A stretch of DNA of 64,000 nucleotides, filler included, from Dirinaria sp. TL-2023a (Eukaryota): the NCBI GenBank assembly GCA_051941275.1. It is 3 parts of 3 records of this genome, joined end to end, with 100 filler letters (N's around TTAATTAATTAA, not from the genome) between each part and the next. Parts side by side here need not be neighbours in the genome. Positions count along the whole stretch, not along the records: positions 44,762 to 64,000 come from JAVEBF010000344.1; 2 more parts are not named here. One strand, written 5' to 3'. The notes below the pieces were generated by a model. That model was not told the DNA's origin and did not search any database. It saw only the letters and a program-made list of their open reading frames with translations. The position numbers were made by a program, and so were the translations under genes. Below are positions 48,822-60,423 of this stretch, piece after piece; within the stretch, counting starts at the first letter, position 1; every line of letters starts with the position of its first letter.

Positions 48822-49876
48822 TTAATCACTATCATCTCCTTCTTGACTGTAATTACTCGTGGGCGATGGAGCGCGACTGCTCCCCGACGAGTTCATCCCA
48901 GCCTGAAGTTTTTGTAACCTTGAATCCATATCTGCCACCTCATCCCGCTCCTCTTCCTCTTCGTCTTCTTCGTCCTCGTCCTCGTCCTCCTCATCGTCCT
49001 CCTCGTCTTCGTCGTCTTCAGTACCATCGCCACCTTCTTCTCCCTCATCATCCCCGTCGTCTTCAGCTGCCTCCATAGTATCTTCTTCATCCATTGTTTC
49101 ATCTGTACCATTCACTGACTTATTCCGCTCCCTTGCTCTCGGCCTCTCAACCAATTGGTCGTGGGGGCCTGCTTCGATGGCATCTCCACTGTCTCTTCTC
49201 ACTCGCTTTGCGGCTCTTTCTTGGCCTTCATCATCTTCTTCTTCCTCTTCTTCCACCAGCTTGGACGCTCCAGATTCCCTATCTTTCTTCCCAACCTTGC
49301 CATCTGCTCCTTCTTTTCCCTCCTTTCCTTCTTTCAATTTTCGCCTGTACTCGTTTCTCTTCCCGGTCTGTATCTCGTTGAATTTCCTGAGCTCTGCTTC
49401 AACTCGGGGAAGAAAGATTTCGAGCTCGACATCACCAAGAGCCTCGAGAACGTTCGCCGGGGAGATGGTTTTCCGATTGGCCAGTAAGGCGCGATCATTT
49501 GCGCTTTGGTAGTTAGTTCAGAAGTCTTCCAAGCATTGCAAAAACACGTGACGAACGGCAGCAGGATCTGGAAAGGCAAGGAGCTGTTCTTACGCATTAG
49601 ATAGATAATTGACGAATACAGTGGCACTCTTCGAGAAGGCTGTTATAGCATCTTTTTGGATTTGGGTGTTCGGTGGAAGGACGCCTTTGGCGAGGCGCTG
49701 CACCATTGTCCGTGGCAGCGCGAGATCCTGGGTTGGATTGTTAATCTAGTATGTGATGTGACAAGTACCCAAGCGGGCCCTACTTCAATATTGATGCCGT
49801 CACTCTTTTCTTTAGCTGGAGTACCTTCGTCTCCAGCACCTGAGGCCTGAGAAACGTTGCTCTTCCGTGGCGGCAT
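48822..49876 (-). CDS. DPB4: Histone-fold protein, DNA polymerase epsilon subunit D, with acidic tail; 3 exons
   Basis: Spliced DLSLPRTMVQRLAKGVLPPNTQIQKDAITAFSKSATVFVNYL / ANDRA...RKTISPANVLEAL, followed by a long D/E-rich C-terminus. Confidence 0.88.
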
Positions 49877-50185
49877 GATGCTCGCTAGAGCTCTATCGGG
49901 TGTATGTGAAGCTCCAGAACAGGGTTCCTTGGACAGCGCAATGGCCTTTGCAGTGCACCAAATTTATTCGACTGCTTTTCCAAGATGAGGGTTAGCAACC
50001 TCGCAACCCCTCGAACGCGCCAAAGCCGCGTTATCATAAGTGATATTCTAATTGGATGACCGTCATCCATCTAAGACGTCTCACGGCTATTCACGGCCTT
50101 GATGAACTCGATGAATTCCTGCTGAACCCTTCATAAGAAGCGGACTTGGACCTCTGTCTGCTTATTCTGTACAATGTAGCCCGAA

Positions 50186-51782
50186 ATGAGCGTCATTCGA
50201 CGCTATTCTACCAATCTTCACAGATACTGCTCGCGGCAGAACCTTTGGAAGCCCGCCATAAATCGCAGCCACTTCCATACTTCGGCACCTTTGGCTGCCA
50301 TCAAGCCGTACATCCTAGCTGACATAGGCGAAGGTGAGAGAATTCGCCCCAGATTTGCTAGAACACCTTGCTAAATACCACAGGTATCAAAGAAGTTCAG
50401 ATCATTCAATGGTTTGTCGAGCCCGAAGCGCGGATCGAACAATTTGATAAAATATGCGAAGTCCAGTCCGACAAGGCAGCAGTAGATGTGAGGCTCGTAA
50501 TACGTCTCGATGGAGACAGTGCTGACCGCTGATTGCAAGCGAATAGATCACCTCGAGATTCGATGGAGTCATCAAAAAGTTACACTACCAAGCAGATGAC
50601 ATGGTTCAAGTCGGCAAGGTACGTTGCCTCAAGAACGAATAACAATGGCCCCGGAACTGAAGTGAAAAGGCCTTATGCGACGTTGACGTTCAAGGCGATA
50701 TTTCAGCCGAAGATGAGGCTGTGATTACACCACCAGGTGAACAAGCAGGCTCTGCTGACACGGCACAACAGCCGCAAAAAGCTGTAGCACAACATGTGGA
50801 GCAACCCGAAAAGGTGGACCATACTCCTCCAAATCGCTCAAGGGAGGGAGAGACCGCCAAAGAGCATGGGCATTTGGCAACGCCTGCGGTCCGAGGTCTG
50901 CTGAAAGAACTCGACGTGGACATATCAGAAGTCACAGGCACCGGCAGAGATGGCCGAGTACTCAAAGAAGACGTGCATAAATTTACAGCAACACGAGATG
51001 CGGAGCATCAACCGCAAGAGCAGTATCCACCACCCAGACCCCAACCAGGCGCCGAGCAGGCCCAAGCCGAAGAAACAATCAAGCTCAATCCCACCCAAAG
51101 CCAGATGTTCAAAACCATGACCCGATCACTCTCAATCCCGCACTTCGTCTACGCGGACGAGATCGACGTCACCGCGCTCTCCAGCCTGCGGCAACGCCTC
51201 AAAACCTCCAAACACTCCCCGCAAAAAATATCCTACATGCCCTTCATCATCAAAGCCGTCTCCCTCGCGCTGAACGAGCACCCTCTCTTCAACGCGCGCA
51301 TCGATCTCAGCGACCCCCAAACCCCGAACCTCGTCCTCCGCCGCACGCACAACATCGGCATCGCGATCGACACGCCGCACGGGCTCGTGGTCCCCAACAT
51401 CAAGGACATCCACGCGCACTCCCTCGCCTCCCTGGCTACCGAACTGTCGCGGCTCCAGCGCCTCGCGCAGACGGGGAAACTCGCCCCCGCCGACCTGGCG
51501 GGGGGCACCATCACGATCAGCAACATCGGGAGCATCGGCGGGACTTACGTCTCGCCCGTGATCGTGCAGGGCGAGGTGGTGATCCTCGGGCTCGGCAGAG
51601 CGAGGACCGTCCCTGCGTTCGGCGAGGAGGATGGGGAGGGGGAGTTGGTCAGGAAAGAGGTGATGAATTTCAGCTGGAGCGCGGATCATCGCGTCGTGGA
51701 TGGCGCGACAATGGCGAGGATGGCGCAGCGCGTCAAGGGGTTTATCCAGGAGCCGGCGACTATGCTTGCGGAAATGAGATGA
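50186..51782 (+). CDS. DBT: Branched-chain 2-oxoacid dehydrogenase E2 (lipoamide acyltransferase), mitochondrial; multi-exon
   Basis: Presequence-like N-terminus, LADIGEG, lipoyl motif CEVQSDKA, E3-binding ATPAVR...GTGRDGRVLKED, SNIGSIGGT, catalytic ADHRVVDGA. Confidence 0.93.
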
Positions 51783-51920
51783 TTTTTTTTCCCCCTCTCC
51801 GCCGGATCCCATCTTATCCAAAACCAAGTTGAGAAAGACACTCGAGCTACTTTTGCTGAGGAGCATGAGCAGGAGAATAGCTAAAGTAGCTTCCAGAGTC
51901 TCAACCCAATCTCTTTAAAA

Positions 51921-51962
51921 AAAAATCAAAAATCAAAAATCAAAAATCAAAAATTAAAAATC
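51921..51962. repeat. (AAAAATC)6 minisatellite with one AAAAATT variant
   Basis: Six 7-mer units in the terminator region between DBT and DNA2. Confidence 0.85.
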
Positions 51963-52137
51963 CCCCTTCTTTCTTCTCGTAATGGATACCAAAAAGATTC
52001 GTGAGACTTTATTATCTATCCTAGGACCACAGTACTCGTACCTTTCCCCCCCCCTTTTTTTTGGGGGGGGTTTCAATTCATACAACCTAAAAATCTACAA
52101 TCGATTCCATACCCAACCCCCAAACTCAAAAGCCCCA

Positions 52138-55100
52138 TCAAGAAAAAGAAGAAGAAAAAGAAGAAGCAGCAGCATCATTAACAATATCCCTCAAGACCGA
52201 TCTCTTGGCGGCGGCCATATAGTTCTTGATATCGACGCCGGCCCTTTTGCCCGGGGATTTGTTTTTCTTCTTCTTCTTCTTCATTTTCTTCCCACCCAAA
52301 AACGGTCCTTCGAACCCGTCGTTCTCCTTCTCCTTCTCCGGACTCATTTTGCTGTGATGAGGAGCACGAGCAGCACCAGCACCTCCCCCTCCCGATCCTC
52401 CACCACCACCTCCAACCCCCGCACCACTACCACGAGCACTACCCTGCGTCGCGGCACTACCCTCCCCACCATCATCAAAAACATGCGCCTCGAGCGCACC
52501 AGGCCGCAAATCGAACCACCAACCCCGGGACTCCATAAGCCTGACAAAATCCCGCAAAAGCTCACTCCCACCTTCCAACAAGTGCCTGCTGCCCACGACG
52601 AGCAACTTGGTGCGGGCGCGCGTGAGCGCGACATTGACGCGGCGCCAATCCTTGAGCAGGTCGCCGACGCTGCAGGACTCGTTGCTGCGCACCAGGGACA
52701 GGACGATGACTTCTTTATCGCGGCCCTGGAACTTGTCCGCCGTGTGCATCTCGATCTGCGGGCGGTGGCGCAGGTTGTGTTTGAGCAGCGTCAGCTGCGA
52801 GCGGTACAGCGTGATGATGCCCATGTCTGCGGCGGGGACACCGGTTGAGAGGAGGCTTTCGATCAGTTGCGTGCAGAGGGTTGCTTCGAACGGGTTGGTG
52901 ATGCGCGAGCCGGTTTCTGCTTCGCGCGAGGCCGGGAGCAAGGGGTCGGTGTTCACGAAGCAGGCTTTGCGCGAGGGGCAGAGGAGGTTGCGCAGCCAGC
53001 AGGTGCGTGTGCTTGCGTCGAGGCAGATGCGGGTCGAGGCGGTTGGGGCGGAGGAGCGGAGAGAGGTAGGGTTGTGGTGATGTTGTGCGAGGGCGTCCAT
53101 GTGAGGGATGGTGAGGGAGCGGGTGGCGACGGCGGGTGTGCCGCATTTGAGACGCCCGTTGTAGATGAGCGTGTTGCTGAGGGTCATGATGTCTTCGCAC
53201 ATGCGGTACTGGTGTTCGAGGTTGACGACTGAGGAAGGGTGGTTGTCGGAGAGCATCTTGAAGAGACTGATGTCGAGGCCGCCTTCCTGGGCTTCTTTAT
53301 TCTGCACAAGCGGAGGTAGCTGGTAGTGGTCGCCGACCAAGATGAACGTCCTCGCCATCCTGATTGGGCCCAGACAGACCGGCAGAGTGATTTGAGATGC
53401 CTCGTCGACGATGCAGTAATCGAAAATACGTGATGAGAATATGGGGTGGTTGATGCCTAAGCAGGTCGTCGCGACCACTTGTTGGTTGTATGCTCTCTTC
53501 AGCTCCTCGATTGTCTTCATGGGCACGCCGCCGAGGTCTGCGAATTCTTGGACTTCAGGATGTACTTTTGCCACTGCACCCAAACGAAACACTCCGATGT
53601 TGTCCTTCCGTATTTTGAGCAAAATATTGTCCACCGCAGTATGAGTATAAGAAGTAAGCAGGACACTTTTCCCTTGAGCTGTCAGAGCGCGAATGATGTG
53701 TGCGATCGTGGTGGTCTTGCCCGTTCCAGGCATACCTAGTACGAGCGCGTAATCCTTTGCGCTCATGACCTTCTCAATCGCAGCTTTCTGGTCGACGTTC
53801 AAATTTGCTTGGCTGGTCGAGTCTCCAAGGCTGTAAGTAGAAGGAGCACTTCTGAAAGTTGGAGCAGTGTTCTCAACAATCAATCGTCTCAAAGGCTGAG
53901 CGTTGAAAGCCTGCTTCTCCATAATGTTGATGAGGTTGTTGCGTACTATTGCCATGCCATTGCTGAATTCATCCATGTCGATTCGGTATACGGTTTCTGC
54001 GTGGGGCTGGGTGAGTGTAGAGGTCGATTGGTCATCTTCATTCTGTGCGACATCCATGATGCCGATAAAGCTCTGATTTGTCTGAGAGTCGAAATGCTTT
54101 TCTCGGGCCCGAGAATTATCTAGGCGACGATCAACTGTTACTTGGATTTGGCTTTTCCGAACATGAGTAACGTATCCGCTAGCCAGAGCAAAGTGACCGT
54201 TCTCATCTGATATTACGATAGGTTCGCCAAGGGTGATTTGCGATTCAGTAAACGAGAACCGCGGCGCTGGCTTTTGCTTGACAAAGGTGTAGCAATAACG
54301 ATTAATCTTTGGAGCATCTCTGACCTCCGCGTAAGATCCAGCCTCTATGATGACACCACTGAAGCATCGTCCGACTTTCTCCCTCTCGGAACTTTGCATT
54401 GTCCATAGCTCACGGCGAATCTTGACCACGTCTTTCTCTTCTTTGGTCAATAGATTATCCCATTTGGTGAAGAATGCTTGATGAACTGGTTTGAGATGTT
54501 CCACTAGCTCATCAAATGTCTCCTTGAGACCATTGGCTTCGCCATCACCATTTTCGGCTAATTTGTGGTATGTAAAACAGGCCGTTTGCGCGTAGCACTT
54601 TCCGCACAGATGAGGACTGTTTTTCAGCATTGGGGGGATGACAAAGCGATCACGGGCATAACAAGCAAGCTCATTGCGTTGCTTGATCATGTGTATTAGC
54701 TCATGGCGTACGGCTGGGACCCGGGAGGTCTCGGATGTTTCCATGTAATAGAGGATACCACATGCAATCTGCAAATCTGCGAAGTCTAAGTCAACATGTG
54801 TGAGACGTATCTTAAAAAGAAAAGATGTACCATATCTATCAGAGCACAGTAGGGTGTAAAGTGCCGTCTGGGCCTTGTGTGCTGCATTCGAGTTCTTTCC
54901 GGTCTTGACTTCAAGCGGAACCGTCAATGTTCGTTCGCCGTTGCTATCCTGCAGTGCAATTTGCACGGTAGCATCGATCATACCCTTAAGACCGTACTTG
55001 GGAGACCATATCTTCTCTTCGACCTCGAGGAGCTTATTGACGCTCATGAGTGATTGACCTCCGTTTCGGTCCTGGACGACTGCGGTCGGCTGCGAAAGAT

Positions 55101-57652
55101 TAGTTCGAATGGTTCATGATGCTCAGCAAGCCGGTACGGACCTTTGGTTTGGCAGTGACGAAGACCTCTGCCCAATTTTGAAGCGCTATGAGCTTGCTTT
55201 TGAGGTGGTTAATTGCAGTAGACAGTTCGACATTAATTTCGAAGAGTTTTTCTAGATAGCGAGCTGCTATTCTCTCGATAGTAGAGCCAAGCCATTCAGT
55301 GTCCCATCTATTCGCTTTCATGGCCTCTTGGAATATCTCATGCAGTAAGGATCCATAGATCTGCGGCTGGCTGGTGTCACCGGTAGCTTTGACGCGGTCT
55401 TGGAGAATAGCTCGGCGTGTACATGAGAATGAATCTGCTACTACAGTCGCCGAGAGAAGATGATCGGGATGCAGGATGAGCAAACCCTGAGCATCATCGA
55501 CGAGGCATTGTCCTGCACGATCGACCTGGCCAATGAAGTGAACGTATGATCCTGGGGTGCAGGGTGTGTCAACCCAGGACTGTCGCAGTGAGATTGCTTT
55601 GCAGAGCTTCGTCAGCTCGTCAGTGACCAATAAAACCTACACAAGCGTCAGCGATCGGATAACTACTTGGGGAATGACCTTGAAGCACCTTTTCCGGTCT
55701 CTTCCTCCTATCTCTCGTTTCATATTGCCCTTCGGCGATGGTCTGAACTACGTAACGTTGTATGGACGTATTATTTCTGTCACTCTTACATTACTTAGCA
55801 TCTATTTAGAGGTTCCAAATTGTCTGATACGTACAGAAGCCTGGAACTGTGGATCGATAGGATCGCCTTGCGTTGCTTTCTCGCATTCAGCAACGATTTG
55901 CTCAAAGTCAAGATCGCCTCCGAATTCATCCTCAGACAGAGACACAACAGCATCACCCGCTTCAGGCCCATGGACATCGATCATGTTCTCTAATTGCTCA
56001 GCGCTCGAACCATATACCGTAGACTGCTGCTGAGAAAGCTTTTGATGGACTTCCTGGCCATTTCCCGTGCTTGCTCTGGGTTCAGGATCCTCATATATAG
56101 CGAACGCGCTCTCCAAGTCTTCGGTTGAAATTCCGTTGGTATCTTCATCAAATTCGTTGATTTCCGGCACCGAAATCGTTCCTACATCTTGCGGCTTGCT
56201 CGTCCGGACTGAATTAATGTATTTCGAAGACAAGACAATTTGAGACTTTTGTCCTGTGGTATCATGGCCATTCTTTATACCAGTCTCGGTCTTGCGCAGG
56301 TTGGCAGCTTCCATGACCAGATTTTGATCCAAACCCGTATTGCATTGTTGAGCGTAAGCTCTGCAAGGTGTGGAGGATTCGGCTTCGGCTTCGATACCGG
56401 CAGCTTCGAATACTTCGATATCTAATTCATCGTCGCCGAACTCGGACGATGGGTCATCGAATTCCTCGTGAGCTCTAGTCTTATCTTCCTGTGGCTGAGC
56501 TAGCACTCTGCGAGGTGTCACAGTCTTCTCCGATGTTGGTGATTCGCTTGCTCTTCGCCTTGCCTGGCTGGATGATAACTCTGGTCGGCCAGGGCCAGTC
56601 TCATGTCCAATTTGACAAGGTGATTTACCAGAAGAAGTAGGAACGTCCTCACTCTTATCACTGGCTGGCCTTGCTAAGCCCTCTTGGATTTTAGCAACAA
56701 GCAAGCTTAATCTAGATCTAGAGACCTGAGATTTATTGGGTGCTTCCTGAGTCACGAGAGCCGCTGCAGGCTCGTGGTGACCAGTCACATGCTGAGTCTT
56801 CCTCCGTTTGGCTGCCGAAGTTGGCCATTCCGCGCCGCAACTGAAAGATCTTCGAAGCCCAATGCATTCTCTTCCCATTAATCGTCGAGCAGGAGTCTCG
56901 GGAGAGGAGGAATTCATCAACTGCGAGAAAGGCTGGCCAATGGCTCTTGTTGGAGATAGACCTTTATTGCCACATGCATTGAGGGAATATCTCTTCCACA
57001 ACTCACCAGCTGGATCGGCCTGTGGCGTTTTGAGTGGCCTTTCCAGCGTTGGAACGTGGCCTGGTGTCTTGTACTTCTTTTGCGAGGATGAGACTGGCGA
57101 GGAGCTGTGGGCCCTTTTCCTCCTGCTTGACCCTGCTGGGGTTTTCTGAGAGCTCCCGTGCTCAGAGTCACGAGTCTGCCAAAGTACTCTTTCCACGGGT
57201 GTAAGATTGAACCGTTGATTGGTGTCCTCGCCACTCGCAACGAGTTCCGCCAGAGGCAGCCTGCTCATGGGAGTCTGCGGACACTCTTTGAAATTCTTGT
57301 ACCCATCCTGCTGTGCAATGTGCTGTGACTGCTGTGATTTCGGGAGTGGGTCACCATTCTCAGCTTTTGCTACGTAGTCACCGCCGTCTCCTTTTGATGG
57401 TTCCGAATTCTCCTGATCGAACTGGAAAGCTCGTAACTTGTTCCTTGACTGAGTGGAGGCAGCGATCGGAGCCATGGGAGTGGCACGTTGGCAAGGCGGT
57501 CCGTGAGCCCTACTATTATCATTCACCAATGGCTTTCCTTTATGCCATCTTGGACGATCCTGATCTCATTAGTTGGAAGTCCATGCAAGAGCGAATTCAT
57601 TATTTACTCTTGTAGTGTTGTCGAAAAAAGACCTCTGTGGTTTACTTGCCAT
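52138..57652 (-). CDS. DNA2: DNA replication ATP-dependent helicase/nuclease Dna2; multi-exon
   Basis: Disordered N-terminus; LILHPD, FSCTRR, EEKIWSPKYGLKGMIDA, EVKTGK, Fe-S Cys motif CGKCYAQTAC; SF1 helicase GMPGTGKT, DEASQ, GDHYQLPP, DKFQGRDKE, NVALTRAR. Start inferred at ATG 57652. Confidence 0.95.
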
Positions 57653-57673
57653 TAGACACTACGGCACCAGCAG

Positions 57674-57782
57674 CGCGTTACGACTAGTACAGAGTTTTTC
57701 TTATCAACCGAGTCTCCGAGTCAACCTTGTGGTTGAGTTGTTGTAGCGTGTTTCGCGTTAGCGCGTCTTGAGAATGTCGCGT
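57674..57782 (-). promoter_or_regulatory. Cluster of four MCB-like ACGCG elements upstream of DNA2
   Basis: CGCGT on the + strand at 57674, 57754, 57762 and 57778, within 130 nt of the inferred DNA2 start. Confidence 0.55.
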
Positions 57783-58030
57783 CGAAGGCCGAAGCTAGCA
57801 CGCTGATCATGTGACTAGACACCAAAGACCCCATCCTCGCATTCTTCAGGCTTAGCCCAATCCGAACCCTGAGCTACCCTGCTTTGGGGAGAGTTGGAAG
57901 CGGAACAATATTTGGTACTGAGCCCAACAAATTCCGAGATCCATCGATGCCGCTCTATGCATCCGGATATCTATGATACATAGGTACGGGTGATTAGCAT
58001 TAAACGGTCGCAGCTGTCGCAATCAGCAAG

Positions 58031-59147
58031 ATGTCCCAAGAGAAGCCATTGCCATTCCAGTACCAGTTTGCAGCTGGCGCTGTGGCAGGTGTGTCCGAAG
58101 TAAGCATACTCACCCAGGTTGAGCAGGAACGTTTTGCTAATACAAATTGCCCACAGATCTTGGTCATGTGACAACGCCGTAGTCTGGCTTCCATGAGGTT
58201 GCTTTACTAATAGTCACATCAGGTACCCACTTGATGTCGTCAAAACTCGAGTGTCGGTAGTCCCGGTCGTCCGATGTGAATAATCATTCGCTGAATTCTG
58301 CAGGCAATTGCAGAAAGGCAAAGGGGTCGGAGAAGAAGCTTATAATGGGATGATGGACTGCTTTCGCAAAATTATTAAGAATGAGGGGGTCTCTCGTTTG
58401 TACAGGGGCATTACTGCGCCGATTCTGATGGAAGCTCCCAAACGGTAAATTAGCCCAGAATCGCCCAAATATCGGCTCGCTGAAGACTGGCGCAGAGCGA
58501 CCAAATTCGCTGCGAATGACGCTTGGGGAAAGTGGTATCGCGATCTTTTCGGCATGGCAAAGATGAACCAACAATTATCGATCTTAACTGGCGCATCCGC
58601 AGGTGCTACGGAAGCTTTCGTCGTCGTTCCTTTCGAGCTGATCAAGATCCGAATGCAAGATCGAGCGTCTGCCGGAAGGTACAGTGGGATAGTTGACTGC
58701 CTCGTGAAAACAGTCAGAGCGGAAGGACCGTTAGCCTTGTATAACGGGCTCGAAAGCACACTCTGGCGACATATCCTTTGGAATGCTGGTTACTTTGGAA
58801 TCATCTTCCAGGCTCGTGGTCTGCTCCCTAAAGCGGAGGAGAAGAAGCAGCAGATTCGTAACGACATTGTCGCTGGAACCATTGGCGGTACTGTCGGTAC
58901 GATCCTGAACACGCCAATGGATGTCGTCAAATCTAGAATACAGAACTCGCCGAAGGTAGCAGGCTCAGTTCCAAAATACAACTGGGCATGGCCGGCTGTT
59001 GGAACTGTCTTAAGAGAGGAGGGTTTTGGAGCACTGTACAAGGGATTCCTGCCGAAGGTGCTAAGACTTGGCCCCGGTGGCGGAATCTTGCTAGTGGTAT
59101 TCACTGGGGTGATGGACTTCTTCCGCACCATGAGAGGCGATGCGTAA
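58031..59147 (+). CDS. ODC1: Mitochondrial 2-oxodicarboxylate carrier (Odc1/Odc2-like); 5 exons
   Basis: KPLPFQYQFAAGAVAGVSE, three carrier signatures (PLDVVKTR, PFELIKIR, PMDVVKSR), MEAPKRATKF, KYNWAWP, PKVLRLGPGGG. ODC1 versus ODC2 is not distinguishable. Confidence 0.92.
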
Positions 59148-59386
59148 CCCTTCGACACCATCGCACGGAGTTTCAACAGCTTTGAATGGGGTGGTCGCAT
59201 GTATTGCATATGAAGGCGCCAATCATGGATACCCAGTGGATACAATCGGCGTGTAAGCAGAGAACTCCGGTTGAGTTGAATATGGGATCATAGACATAGA
59301 ATATTCTCGCTCGGCGCAAAAGTGGACGTTGGGATTTCAGACAAGGCGTCTTTTGCTTCGATGCATTTTATGGACCCGCAATCATG

Positions 59387-60076
59387 TCACTGAAGCCTCC
59401 GCCGCACATCCCGTTGGTTTGTATCAGTGGTGACCCCACGAACAGCATCCTTGATTAAATCTCGTAGTTGTTGTTGGCCTTCTTCACCCTGGAAGTCTTC
59501 TCTTGCAGCCAGGTCCTCGATCCTTTGCTTGAATGAGGGGTCTACGTCGGCTTGGGCCGCTGCAGACTGATCTTCTTCCATCGTTTCCACATTGACTGTT
59601 ACATTCGGAGGCAACGGCGGTGGATGCACGTCTTTGAAAGGGCTGTCCGAAGCTGACTGAGCTCCATTGCCATAGGCTTCTGGTCGTCCCGAGCCATCTT
59701 GCTGCCTTGACTCTTTCAGATACGCTGCAATGGTCGGATGATCGCCTTCGGTGAGGATCTTTTCTTCCGCCGTCTGTCCATCGCCATTGGTAGCTTTGAT
59801 ATCTGCACGCAGCTCCTCGACCAGTACTTGCGCAGCCTCCACCGTCTCAACGACGAACAGTGGGGTCTCCTCATCTTCGTCTCTGATGTTAACATCGACA
59901 TGGAATTCGTGAACCAGAGCCCTCAGCAAATCAATATGGTTGTAAGACGCAGCGGCATGCATGACTGAATACCCATGGTCATCCTGGATTGAGGCCAATG
60001 GAGGGTTCGAGCGCAGTAGCGGCAGCAGCTTTGTACTATTATCTGCAGCGAGTGTGAGGGGGTTGGGGTTTGCCAT
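59387..60076 (-). CDS. Small ankyrin-repeat protein
   Basis: QDDHGYSVMHAAASYNHIDLLRALV and VNIRDEDEETPLF; start taken at MANPNP (60076), alternative ATG at 60106. Confidence 0.88.
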   Translation of the reverse strand: MANPNPLTLAADNSTKLLPLLRSNPPLASIQDDHGYSVMHAAASYNHIDLLRALVHEFHVDVNIRDEDEETPLFVVETVEAAQVLVEELRADIKATNGDGQTAEEKILTEGDHPTIAAYLKESRQQDGSGRPEAYGNGAQSASDSPFKDVHPPPLPPNVTVNVETMEEDQSAAAQADVDPSFKQRIEDLAAREDFQGEEGQQQLRDLIKDAVRGVTTDTNQRDVRRRLQ

Positions 60077-60423
60077 TGCAATTGCTCCTTTAGAAACGTA
60101 GCTCATCCCTTTGAACGTTGGACTGAATTCTACCTAGTAAGGTAATGCTCGTCTCCAAGTACTTACTTTCGCTTAGTGACGGAGTGACGGAATGACGTAC
60201 TCTTAGGGCTGCGGATGATGGATTGGCCGACGAAACTCAATTGGCTGAGAGCCGAGTGTAAGGTACCTTTCAGGTAGCTCTGGGTACATTACGGTACCTA
60301 AAGTAGTGTTTGGCCTTTGGTTGCTTCTGAGTTACAATGCCATGCACGAGGAAGTCGCACTGTGACAGTGCTTGATTCACTCGTCCTGAGTAAGAGCGCG
60401 ATGTATCAGTCATAACAGCTCCG

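Noticed and set aside
51132..53232. Multiple long overlapping ORFs antisense to DBT and DNA2
   Set aside because: By-products of high GC3 and low-complexity sequence.
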